From positions 1,344,001 through 1,408,000 of the forward strand of contig CAVUCU010000001.1 in assembly GCA_963740085.1 (NCBI GenBank): 64,000 bases of DNA, given 5' to 3'. Origin of the DNA: Nitrospirota bacterium. Its GTDB lineage: Bacteria > Nitrospirota > UBA9217. The translations under genes were made by a program, and so were the position numbers. The notes below the pieces were generated by a model. That model ran no database searches and was not told the origin of the DNA. It worked only from the letters and a program-made list of their open reading frames with translations. Below, piece by piece: positions 1-8,529 of this stretch (the stretch's first letter is position 1; each line of letters begins with the position of its first letter).

Positions 1-96
1 GTTTGATGTTTTTTTTGAACAGCAGCATGCCGGGGTCCTGTTTCCCGGACGGTTTCACGGTCCCCGAACGTTTACCTGCTTATATGAAAGGCGCTC

Positions 97-1983
97 ATGC
101 AGGGTCAGACAAACAATAAACAGGAGGCAAGCGATCGCCATCTGTTCTATCTGTCCATTGCCGCGCTCGGCGTCGCGTATGGCGATATCGGCACCAGTCC
201 CTTATACGCTCTCCGGGCCTGTTTTTACGGCGCACATGCGGTCCCTCCGACGCCAAACAACGTGTTCGGAGTGCTTTCCCTCATTTTCTGGTCATTGGTC
301 CTGGTCGTAAGCGTCAAATACCTCCTGCTTGTTTTGAACGCAGATAACCAGGGTGAAGGGGGCGTCCTGGCGCTCATGGCCCTGGTCCTGCCGAAGAAAG
401 GCACGCAACGGACGGTGCTCCTTACCCTAGGACTCTTCGGCGCGGCCCTCCTTTACGGCGACGGAAGCATCACGCCCGCCATATCAGTTCTGAGCGCAAT
501 AGAAGGGCTCTCGATCGCCACGCCTGCCTTCACCTCATTCGTCGTTCCCCTTACGCTCATCGTCCTCTTTTTCCTGTTTCTCATTCAGCGCCGGGGAACC
601 GGAAAGATAGGCATGATGTTCGGTCCGGTCATGTTCATCTGGTTCCTCGTCCTGGGCGTTCTGGGGCTGGTGAACATCATCCTCAGAAATGAGGTCCTTG
701 CGGCGGTAAACCCCGCCTATGCAGTCCGCTTTATAGCAGTCGAGGGGTATCAAGGTGTATTTATCATCGGCGCTGTTTTCCTTGTCGTGACAGGAGCAGA
801 GGCCCTTTACGCGGACCTGGGGCATTTCGGCCGGGCTCCGATACGCCTCGCCTGGTTCGCACTGGCACTGCCTTGCCTGCTGCTGAACTACTTCGGCCAG
901 GGGGCTCTTCTCCTGGGAGACCCTTCCGGTTCTATCAACCCGTTCTATCACATGGCCCCGGCCTGGGCCCTCTACCCCCTGGTCGTTCTTGCCACGGCAG
1001 CCACGATCATTGCGTCACAGGCCATCATTTCCGGGGTCTTCTCTCTCACTTTTCAAGCCGTGCAGCTCGGCCACCTCCCGCGTCTGCTGGTCCTGCACAC
1101 GTCTGAAGGCGAGCAGGGACAGATCTTTCTTCCGCTGGTCAATTGGCTGTTGTTCTTCGCGACCGCCTCGATAGTCCTTGGCTTCCGGTCGTCGAACAAT
1201 CTCGCCGGAGCTTACGGTATCGCCGTGTCAACAACCATGGTCATAACTACGCTCCTTGCGTATGTGGCCCTCAGAAAACGCTGGCAGTGGCCGATGGGAG
1301 CGGCCGTCGTTGTTGCACTGCCCTTCCTCGCGGTCGACCTCGGCTTTTTCGGGTCGAACCTCATGAAGGTCGGCCATGGAGGGTGGGTTCCCCTGGTCGT
1401 GGCGGCTGTCATCTACCTGCTCATGTCCACGTGGACCGAAGGGCGGCGAGTGATCGCAAAACAGATACAGGATTTTGTCAGACCGCTGAAAAGCTATCTT
1501 CAAACGATCGACCTCAGGTCGGTTAAAAAAGTTTCAGGAACTGCGGTGTACCTGGCTGCCAGCCCGTTCTCGACACCGCCCGCCTTTGTCCATAATGTAC
1601 TGCACAACAAGATCATCCACGAACGCCTGCTTTTTCTGTATGTCGGCTACAAGAACGTCCCGCATGTCCGTGCCGACAAACGGGTCAACGTGAAAAAACT
1701 GATGGACAACGTCTATCGTATCGTGGTGCGCTATGGATTCATGGACCATGCCGACATCCGGGCCGTGGTCCGCATTCTGGACAACAAACATCTCAAGCTC
1801 GACCTGGAGGACACCACCTTCTTTGTAGGGCGCGATACGTTCATCCCCACAAAGTCCGTGGGCATGAGCAAGTGGCGCGGGATCATCTACCTGCTGATGA
1901 GGCGTAATTCGGCGCGGGCATTCCGGTATTTCAACCTGCCGCCGGAACGGGTGCTCGAGATCGGCGCTCAGATCAAGTTTTGA
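97..1983 (+). CDS. kup: KUP/HAK/KT family potassium transporter
   Basis: Signature motifs GVAYGDIGTSPLY, ADNQGEGG, GAEALYADLGHF and AYGIAV; about 12 hydrophobic segments plus a cytoplasmic C-terminal domain. Confidence 0.95.
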   Translation: MQGQTNNKQEASDRHLFYLSIAALGVAYGDIGTSPLYALRACFYGAHAVPPTPNNVFGVLSLIFWSLVLVVSVKYLLLVLNADNQGEGGVLALMALVLPKKGTQRTVLLTLGLFGAALLYGDGSITPAISVLSAIEGLSIATPAFTSFVVPLTLIVLFFLFLIQRRGTGKIGMMFGPVMFIWFLVLGVLGLVNIILRNEVLAAVNPAYAVRFIAVEGYQGVFIIGAVFLVVTGAEALYADLGHFGRAPIRLAWFALALPCLLLNYFGQGALLLGDPSGSINPFYHMAPAWALYPLVVLATAATIIASQAIISGVFSLTFQAVQLGHLPRLLVLHTSEGEQGQIFLPLVNWLLFFATASIVLGFRSSNNLAGAYGIAVSTTMVITTLLAYVALRKRWQWPMGAAVVVALPFLAVDLGFFGSNLMKVGHGGWVPLVVAAVIYLLMSTWTEGRRVIAKQIQDFVRPLKSYLQTIDLRSVKKVSGTAVYLAASPFSTPPAFVHNVLHNKIIHERLLFLYVGYKNVPHVRADKRVNVKKLMDNVYRIVVRYGFMDHADIRAVVRILDNKHLKLDLEDTTFFVGRDTFIPTKSVGMSKWRGIIYLLMRRNSARAFRYFNLPPERVLEIGAQIKF

Positions 1984-2218
1984 GCGAACGTACGGTGAAC
2001 CTTTTTTAAGCGGCGAAGAGGCGCCGGTCAGTCGAGGCGATCAGCCTTTACCATGAACCCAGGTTCGGAAACCCGCCGGGGTCTCTCCCGGGGCTGACCG
2101 GACGATTCTTGAAATTCGCGCTGCGGAACGACCGGTAAAACAAAAAAGAAGGGAAAAGCACGAAGACCCTCTGGCGAAAACCCGGGAGGAGCGGCCTGGT
2201 GGCAAAAAACAAGACCCG

Positions 2219-2227
2219 TGCTATAAT
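2219..2227 (+). promoter_or_regulatory. Extended -10 promoter element (TGcTATAAT) upstream of ftsH
   Basis: Perfect TGnTATAAT ending 6 nt before the ATG at 2234. Confidence 0.55.
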
Positions 2228-2233
2228 CATTCT

Positions 2234-4156
2234 ATGAATGCCGAACAGGGAAAATCCAATAAAATGATCGACCAGTTCAAAAGCCCGCAGACAAGGCTCA
2301 TGATCGCTGTCGTCTTGCTCACCGTTGTCTTTTACCTTTGGCAGCTATACGCGACACCTTCCATCTCTCCCCAGTACCCCGTCACCTACACGCAGTTCCT
2401 GGAGCAGCTCGACGCCTCGAACATCAAATCCGTATCCATCCAAAAACTGCGGGTAAACGGCGAACTGATAAAAAAAACGGATATAAAAGTTGCCGGCTCT
2501 CCGAAACCCGTTTCCGTGCAGTTCTTCCAGACCTTTCTCCCGACCTTCCAGGGCGATGACCTTTTGACCCGTCTGAGCGCGAAGAACGTTGCCATCACCG
2601 TCGAAGCGCCGGACGAAGGCTCTCCGTTCTGGAACTTCATTTTGAGCGTACTGCCCTGGGTGCTGATCCTGGGATTCTGGTTTTTCATCATGCGGCGCGC
2701 GCAGCAGCAGGTCCAGGGCGGGGCCGGAGGGCTCTTCACCTTCGGTCAGAGCAAGGCCAAACTGTATGACGTCAAGCGGCCGAAAGTGACGTTCGCGGAC
2801 GTGGCCGGGCTCGACAATGTCAAGCAGGAGCTCAGGGAGTCGATCGAGTTTCTGAAAGACTCCTCGAAGTATTCGAAGATCGGCGCTAAGGTCCCCAAGG
2901 GGGTGCTCTTGATCGGCCCTCCGGGCACCGGGAAAACGCTCCTGGCCCGCGCAACCGCGGGCGAGGCAGGCGTGCCCTTCTACAGCATCAGCGCCTCGGA
3001 GTTCATCGAGATGTTCGTCGGCGTGGGCGCCTCCCGGGTCCGGGATATGTTCAAGAAGGCGCGTGCGTCCCACCCCAGCATCATCTTTATGGACGAGATC
3101 GACGCCGTGGGCCGCACGCGCGGCGCGGGGCTCGGTGGAGGCCACGACGAACGCGAACAGACGCTGAACCAGCTTCTGAGCGAGATGGACGGCTTCGACC
3201 CCAACGAAGAGGTCATCGTCATGGCCGCGACGAACAGACCCGATGTCCTGGACCCGGCGCTCCTCCGGCCGGGCAGGTTCGACAAGCATATCGTGGTGGA
3301 CCGGCCGGGGTGGAAGGAGCGCAAGGCCATTCTCACGATCCACGTGAAGAACAAGGCGCTTGCCGGGGACGTGGATCTTGAGACCATCGCGCGGGGAACG
3401 CCGGGCATGACCGGCGCGGACCTGGAGAACCTCGCAAACCAGGCGGCGCTGGTGGCCCTGCGAAAGAACGAGAACATCATTCGTATGCACGATTTCGAAG
3501 AGGCGCGGGACACTATCCTCATGGGCACGGTGCGGGAAGAAACGATCACGGACACGGAAAAGAACATCACGGCATATCATGAAGCGGGGCATGCGCTTGT
3601 GGCCCGGGAACTCCCGGGAACGGACCCGATCTATAAAGTGAGCATCATTCCGCGCGGCATGGCCATGGGCGTCACCCAGCTCCTGCCGGAGGAAGACCGG
3701 CACTATTATCCCCGCACGTATCTGGTGAACAAGTTGTGCGTGGCCCTGGGCGGGAGAGGCGCCGAGAAGCTCGTGTTCAACGACGTGAGCAGCGGCGCGC
3801 AGAGCGATTTGAAGGAAGCCACCTCCCTCGCTGAAAAGATGGTTGCCCAGTGGGGTATGAGCGATAAGGTGGGGCCGATGAACCTGGGGAGAGGAGAAGA
3901 GCACCCGTTTCTCGGCATGGAACTCGCCCAGCCCAAGCGCTATAGCGATGAAATGGCATGGATCATGGACCAGGAGATCCAGCGAATGCTTCACGAAGCG
4001 GAAAGCAGGGCCATGGAGATCCTCAAGAAGAACCGGCACATTCTCGACCCCCTGGCTGCGGCGCTTCTCAAGGAAGAGGTCCTCGACAAGACGCAGATCG
4101 ACCGCATCATCGCGGAAGCCAGGGGCGGGACGGTTCAGGCACCCCCCGGGATCTGA
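2234..4156 (+). CDS. ftsH: ATP-dependent zinc metalloprotease FtsH
   Basis: Two N-terminal TM helices, Walker A GPPGTGKT, Walker [29 protein letters not shown] and zinc motif HEAGH. Confidence 0.97.
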   Translation: MNAEQGKSNKMIDQFKSPQTRLMIAVVLLTVVFYLWQLYATPSISPQYPVTYTQFLEQLDASNIKSVSIQKLRVNGELIKKTDIKVAGSPKPVSVQFFQTFLPTFQGDDLLTRLSAKNVAITVEAPDEGSPFWNFILSVLPWVLILGFWFFIMRRAQQQVQGGAGGLFTFGQSKAKLYDVKRPKVTFADVAGLDNVKQELRESIEFLKDSSKYSKIGAKVPKGVLLIGPPGTGKTLLARATAGEAGVPFYSISASEFIEMFVGVGASRVRDMFKKARASHPSIIFMDEIDAVGRTRGAGLGGGHDEREQTLNQLLSEMDGFDPNEEVIVMAATNRPDVLDPALLRPGRFDKHIVVDRPGWKERKAILTIHVKNKALAGDVDLETIARGTPGMTGADLENLANQAALVALRKNENIIRMHDFEEARDTILMGTVREETITDTEKNITAYHEAGHALVARELPGTDPIYKVSIIPRGMAMGVTQLLPEEDRHYYPRTYLVNKLCVALGGRGAEKLVFNDVSSGAQSDLKEATSLAEKMVAQWGMSDKVGPMNLGRGEEHPFLGMELAQPKRYSDEMAWIMDQEIQRMLHEAESRAMEILKKNRHILDPLAAALLKEEVLDKTQIDRIIAEARGGTVQAPPGI

Positions 4157-4428
4157 CCGTGCGACATGCCGCACGGACCGCATGAAGCTTCACGCATCCG
4201 CTGTTGATCGATTTTTGTGGACAGGGTCAGAAAAAGAGAACGGTGAAGTATCAAATCCTGCGGCTTTTTGGTGCATTTCGCTCACCAAGGGCGTCGAGGA
4301 TCGGCCTGGCGTGCAAACGGTTGGATAGAGAGACAGGGCATCTCCGTACCCTGGCAGGTTGATGCTGTTACTCGGGTATAAATCACTTCGGACACCGGGA
4401 AAGGATATTGAACCCATGGGAGGCAAAT

Positions 4429-4662
4429 ATGATGCACTGGGGAGATTATGGATGTGGCGCGGGTTATGGATGGATTTGGATGGTGCTTTTCTGGGGACTG
4501 GTCATTGCCGGCCTCGTGTATCTCGTGCAGACAATAACCGGCCGCGCCGGAAAATCCAGTGCGGGAGAGACATCGCTTGATATTCTGAAAAAAAGATACG
4601 CGAGGGGAGAGATCTCCCATGAGGAATTTGACCGGATGAAGGACGAACTCATGAAATCCTGA
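4429..4662 (+). CDS. SHOCT domain membrane protein
   Basis: GGAGG RBS before ATG 4429; Gly/Trp-rich N-terminus, one TM helix and C-terminal LDILKKRYARGEISHEEFDRMK (SHOCT pattern). Confidence 0.85.
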   Translation: MMHWGDYGCGAGYGWIWMVLFWGLVIAGLVYLVQTITGRAGKSSAGETSLDILKKRYARGEISHEEFDRMKDELMKS

Positions 4663-4672
4663 GGGGAAAGTT

Positions 4673-4975
4673 ATGAAGCTTATCATTGCCATCGTAAGAA
4701 CCACCAGTCTCGAACGCATCGTGCGGGCGCTCGAAGAGGTCGGCATTAAGAGCATGACGATCTCAGCGGTTAAGGGGTTGGGTGAGGAGGTCCGCCTGCA
4801 TAATCCCTATACGATACACGACAAGATCGAGATCATCCTGCCCGATGACAAGGTTGAAAAAGCGGTTGCTCTTCTTCTGGCAAACAGCCGTATCGGCATG
4901 CCCGGCGACGGTGTTATCGCTGTCCAGTCCCTTGACTATGTCGTGAAGACCCGGACAGAGGAACGGAAGGCGTGA
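4673..4975 (+). CDS. P-II family signalling protein with shortened T-loop
   Basis: MKLIIAIVR...KG.G...KIEI...G.PGDGVIAV...RT pattern of the P-II fold; only 100 aa. Confidence 0.85.
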   Translation: MKLIIAIVRTTSLERIVRALEEVGIKSMTISAVKGLGEEVRLHNPYTIHDKIEIILPDDKVEKAVALLLANSRIGMPGDGVIAVQSLDYVVKTRTEERKA

Positions 4976-5011
4976 GGCTTGAGTGAAAGGGCAATAAGGA
5001 GGTGACGTACA

Positions 5012-5230
5012 ATGAAGGTCGCTCTGTTTAGCGTAAGCAATAATCTCTGCGCTGAGTGCTCGCTCGCATTGCGGCGGTTCGTCGGCGGCATGGACGGCGT
5101 GGAGTCCATTGACGTGGAGCACGGGAAGATCGCCGTCAAGTTCGATGAAGCCGCGATCGAAGAGGAAAAACTGACGAAGATCACTCGGGACAGCATAGAA
5201 AAATTGGGGTATCGACTTGAAGAAGAGTGA
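5012..5230 (+). CDS. Heavy-metal-associated (HMA/CopZ-like) domain protein
   Basis: 72 aa with CAEC metal motif, GV..V, and C-terminal IEKLGY typical of HMA domains; AGGAGG RBS. Confidence 0.75.
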   Translation: MKVALFSVSNNLCAECSLALRRFVGGMDGVESIDVEHGKIAVKFDEAAIEEEKLTKITRDSIEKLGYRLEEE

Positions 5231-5260
5231 GCATGCTTTTTAAAAATGGGTTGACGGGCT

Positions 5261-6343
5261 ATGAAGAAGGATCCTGTCTGCAACATGGAGGTGGGCGAAG
5301 ACACCGGCATTACCACCGAGCGCAACGGCAAAACCGTCTTCTTCTGCTCGGAGGGATGCCGCGAGAAGTTCCTGAAGGAGCGCGAGTGCAAGGTGCCGCG
5401 TTCCTCTTATGACCTCATCATCGTCGGAGGCGGCCCCGCCGGACTTACTGCCGCGGTCTACGCAGCGACCATGAAGATGGATGCGTTCCTTATCGCCAAG
5501 GACCTGGGCGGCCAGGCCGTGGACAGCACCAAGATCGAGAACTACATGGGCTACGACTTCATCACCGGACCGCAGCTGATCGAGAAGTTCCAGGAGCAGC
5601 TCGTGCGGTCCCACTATATAGACCATGTGATCAGCGAGGTCGAGAAGATCGAGCCCATGGGCGTCTGTTTTCGTGTAACGACGTCGGAGCTGAAGCAGTA
5701 CGAAGCGAAGGCCGTGATCGTCACCACGGGTATGGCGAGGCGCACGCTGGGTGTGGAGGGCGAGGAGCGGTTCCAGAGGAAAGGGGTGTTTTACGGGAAT
5801 ATCCAGGACCTTTCCTTCGTCCATGACAAGGACGTCGTGGTGGTGGGCGGCGGGAATTCGGCGCTCCAGACGGTCGAGAACCTGCATGAACTCGCGAGGC
5901 GCATCCACCTCGTGTCCGCCACGGAGCTCACGGCGGACGCGGCGATCATCGAGCGCGTCCGACACCTTTCCGGCCTGAACGTTTACGAGGAGTACAAGGT
6001 CGTTGAGTTTGTCGGGCAAGCGGCACTCTCCGGCGTGACGATCAGGAAGATGGCGGGTGAGGAAACGCTCTCCCTGCCCGCCGAAGGCGTCTTCATCGCG
6101 ATCGGATTCAAGCCGAATTCCGGCCTCCTTGCGCACCTGGTGGACGTGAACGAGCGTGGCGAGATCATCATCCATCCCGATTGTTCGACCTCTTATCCGG
6201 GCATCTTTGCGGCCGGGGACATCACGAATGCCTTCGGCAAACGGATCATCATCGCCTCGGGCGAAGGAGCGAAGGCCGCACTTGCCGCGCGGCAGTACCT
6301 CCTTGACCTCCGGAAGAAGAAGGATGCGGCAGTCTGCACATGA
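5261..6343 (+). CDS. YHS/TRASH-domain fused thioredoxin-reductase/AhpF-like FAD-dependent oxidoreductase lacking the active-site CxxC
   Basis: N-terminal KDPVCNM...FFCSEGC; GGGPAGLTAA (FAD), GGGNSA (NAD(P)H), TSYPGIFAAGD; GVFYGNIQD where GVSYCATCD is expected. Confidence 0.88.
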   Translation: MKKDPVCNMEVGEDTGITTERNGKTVFFCSEGCREKFLKERECKVPRSSYDLIIVGGGPAGLTAAVYAATMKMDAFLIAKDLGGQAVDSTKIENYMGYDFITGPQLIEKFQEQLVRSHYIDHVISEVEKIEPMGVCFRVTTSELKQYEAKAVIVTTGMARRTLGVEGEERFQRKGVFYGNIQDLSFVHDKDVVVVGGGNSALQTVENLHELARRIHLVSATELTADAAIIERVRHLSGLNVYEEYKVVEFVGQAALSGVTIRKMAGEETLSLPAEGVFIAIGFKPNSGLLAHLVDVNERGEIIIHPDCSTSYPGIFAAGDITNAFGKRIIIASGEGAKAALAARQYLLDLRKKKDAAVCT

Positions 6344-6915
6344 GCGTAGAGTTTCCGGCAGTGGGAGGCTGATGCGGGTCTCCGCTGACCTGTGCGGTCG
6401 GTTTCCTGGGACAAACAGTTCCTCTTGTACCGGAATTATACAGACTTAGACGTGAAAACCCCTGCTAAGAAGAAAGTACTACGCGTGTGATCTTCCTAGC
6501 GGATTGAAACCGAAGATCGGATAAAATGATGCATGTCTTCCTTCCCTTGTGAGAACATTCTGATATACTGGGATATATAAATAAAATTATTATAATCTGC
6601 TTTAGAGATTACGCAGGGAACTCAATCGAAAGATATTACCTTCTCTTTTGAACGCGGTGGTCGTAACGATCTCCTTTGCGTGTTGTCATGGACATCAGAC
6701 AGGGCAGACCGTGAAATAAAATTTCCCCATCGCGTGCACGGCGATAATCGGCGGGGGCCACGGTTATCCTGTTGAAAATCTAAATATTTTTTTCCCTCCA
6801 TTCAGAGGTGATTGAGACGGGCATGAACCGATCGCTCTCCGGCCAAGGCGTGACATGGTGGAAGCGTCGGGCAACCCTTGGCGGGGAAATCGGTCCCGCC
6901 CGCGAGGCAAAGATC

Positions 6916-7647
6916 ATGAATGAAAAGAGCCGTGTATTTGCGCTGTGCTGGGCAGTGGTGTTCGTTCTGTGCGGGACTGGCGTCCGTGCGGAACAGGGGC
7001 GTGGAGCATGCGTAACATGCCATACCTTTCTGGGCGGCGAACTTGGACGGCCCGTCGCGGAGTGGAGCGGTTCGATCCATCGGCAGAACGGAATTACCTG
7101 CGATCTCTGCCACGGCGGAAATGCAGGCGTTGAGGTGAGGAATGTACGGAATCTCACCGTGCAGGAGTTAGCGGACAAGAAATCGCGCGCGATGTCGAAA
7201 TCCCATGGCTTCATCGGTAAGCCTTCCGGCAAGGCGCTGTTTCACCTGTGCGCGCAGTGCCATGGCGACTCAACGGAGCGGTACGCCGGCAGCATCATGG
7301 GCAGGGCGTATCTTGACGGCAAAGGCGGACCCTCGTGCGTTACCTGTCATCAGGCACACAACAATATCATCCCTTCGGTTCCCAAGGTCTGTGAAAGCTG
7401 TCACAAGGACACGACCGGCTTCGACCGGATAGACCCTATGAACGTGACCGAATCGACTATCAACGAACTCTCAAGGATCCGGATCGGGCTTGCGGAGGAG
7501 AACGCCAGAGGAGTGAAGCCGCACCTGGTTTCCGAACTCCCGGAAGACCTGGATACCTTCCTGATAGGGCTTCTGGCATTCGGGGGGGTGTTCATCATGT
7601 TCCTCATCGGCTATATTGTGTACGTGACGCTGGAAAAAAGGAGATAA
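6916..7647 (+). CDS. Membrane-anchored pentaheme c-type cytochrome
   Basis: Signal peptide, five CxxCH motifs (CVTCH, CDLCH, CAQCH, CVTCH, CESCH) and a C-terminal TM helix. Start chosen at ATG 6916 after GAGG. Confidence 0.88.
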   Translation: MNEKSRVFALCWAVVFVLCGTGVRAEQGRGACVTCHTFLGGELGRPVAEWSGSIHRQNGITCDLCHGGNAGVEVRNVRNLTVQELADKKSRAMSKSHGFIGKPSGKALFHLCAQCHGDSTERYAGSIMGRAYLDGKGGPSCVTCHQAHNNIIPSVPKVCESCHKDTTGFDRIDPMNVTESTINELSRIRIGLAEENARGVKPHLVSELPEDLDTFLIGLLAFGGVFIMFLIGYIVYVTLEKRR

Positions 7648-7648
7648 C

Positions 7649-7912
7649 ATGGGCATCGAGGTCATTCAGGAAAAGAGGCCGACCTATTCTTCAGTCGCCA
7701 TGGGAGCGATCATCGTCCTCGGCGCCGCGATTCTCGGGATGGGAGCCGCCTTTGCCTATCTCTTGCTGTCGGGCAAGGGGAGCAATTATCTGCTGGGCAC
7801 GCTCCTGGCCTTCGAGTTTTTGTTCGCCGGCATCGAGGTCGTTCTCTATGCACGGTATTTCATCGCATTCAGAGAGGTTTCGGAAGACCGCGAGGAGGAG
7901 TTGTTATGGTAG
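7649..7912 (+). CDS. Small two-TM subunit of the Rieske/cytochrome b operon
   Basis: 87 aa, two hydrophobic helices, tightly coupled to the cytochrome c gene upstream and the Rieske gene downstream. Confidence 0.7.
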   Translation: MGIEVIQEKRPTYSSVAMGAIIVLGAAILGMGAAFAYLLLSGKGSNYLLGTLLAFEFLFAGIEVVLYARYFIAFREVSEDREEELLW

Positions 7913-8523
7913 ACGGGGTCGGCGGAGATACGGGTGAGAAAAAAGGGATTACCCGGAGACGGTTCACGCTCGCGGTGCTCATTGCGTCCGTTGCGGGCGC
8001 ATTCGGCTCTCTCTTTGCAATGCTCCGGGTGCTGGCCCCCGAAAAGAAGGGCGGAGGCTACGTAACGACGATTCAGCCGGGTGACAAACTCGTGTCTGCA
8101 AAAGGCGGCAACATGGGGTCTCTTTTGCGGGCCTCTTCATTCAACACCGGAGATGCCCTCCTTGCCTTTCCGGCCGGCAAATCATCGAACCCTGCAAATC
8201 TCGTCCAGGTGATCAAATTGCAGGAGGGTGACTTCAAGCCGCCCATACACCTTGATCTTACGGACCAGGGTTTTGTCGCTTACAGCGCCATCTGTACGCA
8301 CCTCGGATGCACGGTTTCCTGGGTTAAAAATGAAAAAGCGCCCGACGCGTCGTTCTCGGAATGTTTCTGTCATAACAGCATCTTCGATCCGGCGCAGGGG
8401 GCAAAAGTCATGGGCGGCCCAGCGCCTATCCCGCTCGCGCAGATCGGCGTCAAGGTGGCAGCCGACGGAACGCTCGTTTTCACCAGCGATTTTACCGGCC
8501 CGATAGGCCCGCAGGTAGGGTGA
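7906..8523 (+). CDS. Rieske [2Fe-2S] protein of a Rieske/cytochrome b complex
   Basis: Tat-like TRRRF followed by a TM anchor; box I CTHLGC, box II CFCHNSIF, then GPAP.PL. Confidence 0.93.
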   Translation: MVDGVGGDTGEKKGITRRRFTLAVLIASVAGAFGSLFAMLRVLAPEKKGGGYVTTIQPGDKLVSAKGGNMGSLLRASSFNTGDALLAFPAGKSSNPANLVQVIKLQEGDFKPPIHLDLTDQGFVAYSAICTHLGCTVSWVKNEKAPDASFSECFCHNSIFDPAQGAKVMGGPAPIPLAQIGVKVAADGTLVFTSDFTGPIGPQVG

Positions 8524-8529
8524 GGAGAG

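Noticed and set aside
1-96. c-di-AMP or other riboswitch upstream of kup
   Set aside because: Only 96 nt are visible and no ydaO-type consensus could be recognised.
2345-4183. Long antisense ORFs (612 aa here; also 11593..12618, 55191..56564, 56729..58390, 60430..61500 and others)
   Set aside because: They lie opposite well-supported genes, have no recognisable motifs, and are the expected shadow of GC-rich codon usage.
6335-6375. Possible C-terminal Cys-Thr-Sec-Ala read-through (TGC ACA TGA GCG TAG) in the YHS-TrxR, reminiscent of the animal TrxR GCUG tail
   Set aside because: Only a weak 4-bp hairpin follows, the enzyme is of the low-molecular-weight type, and an ordinary TGA stop explains the sequence. 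Revisit only if homologs show a conserved CxC or CxU tail.
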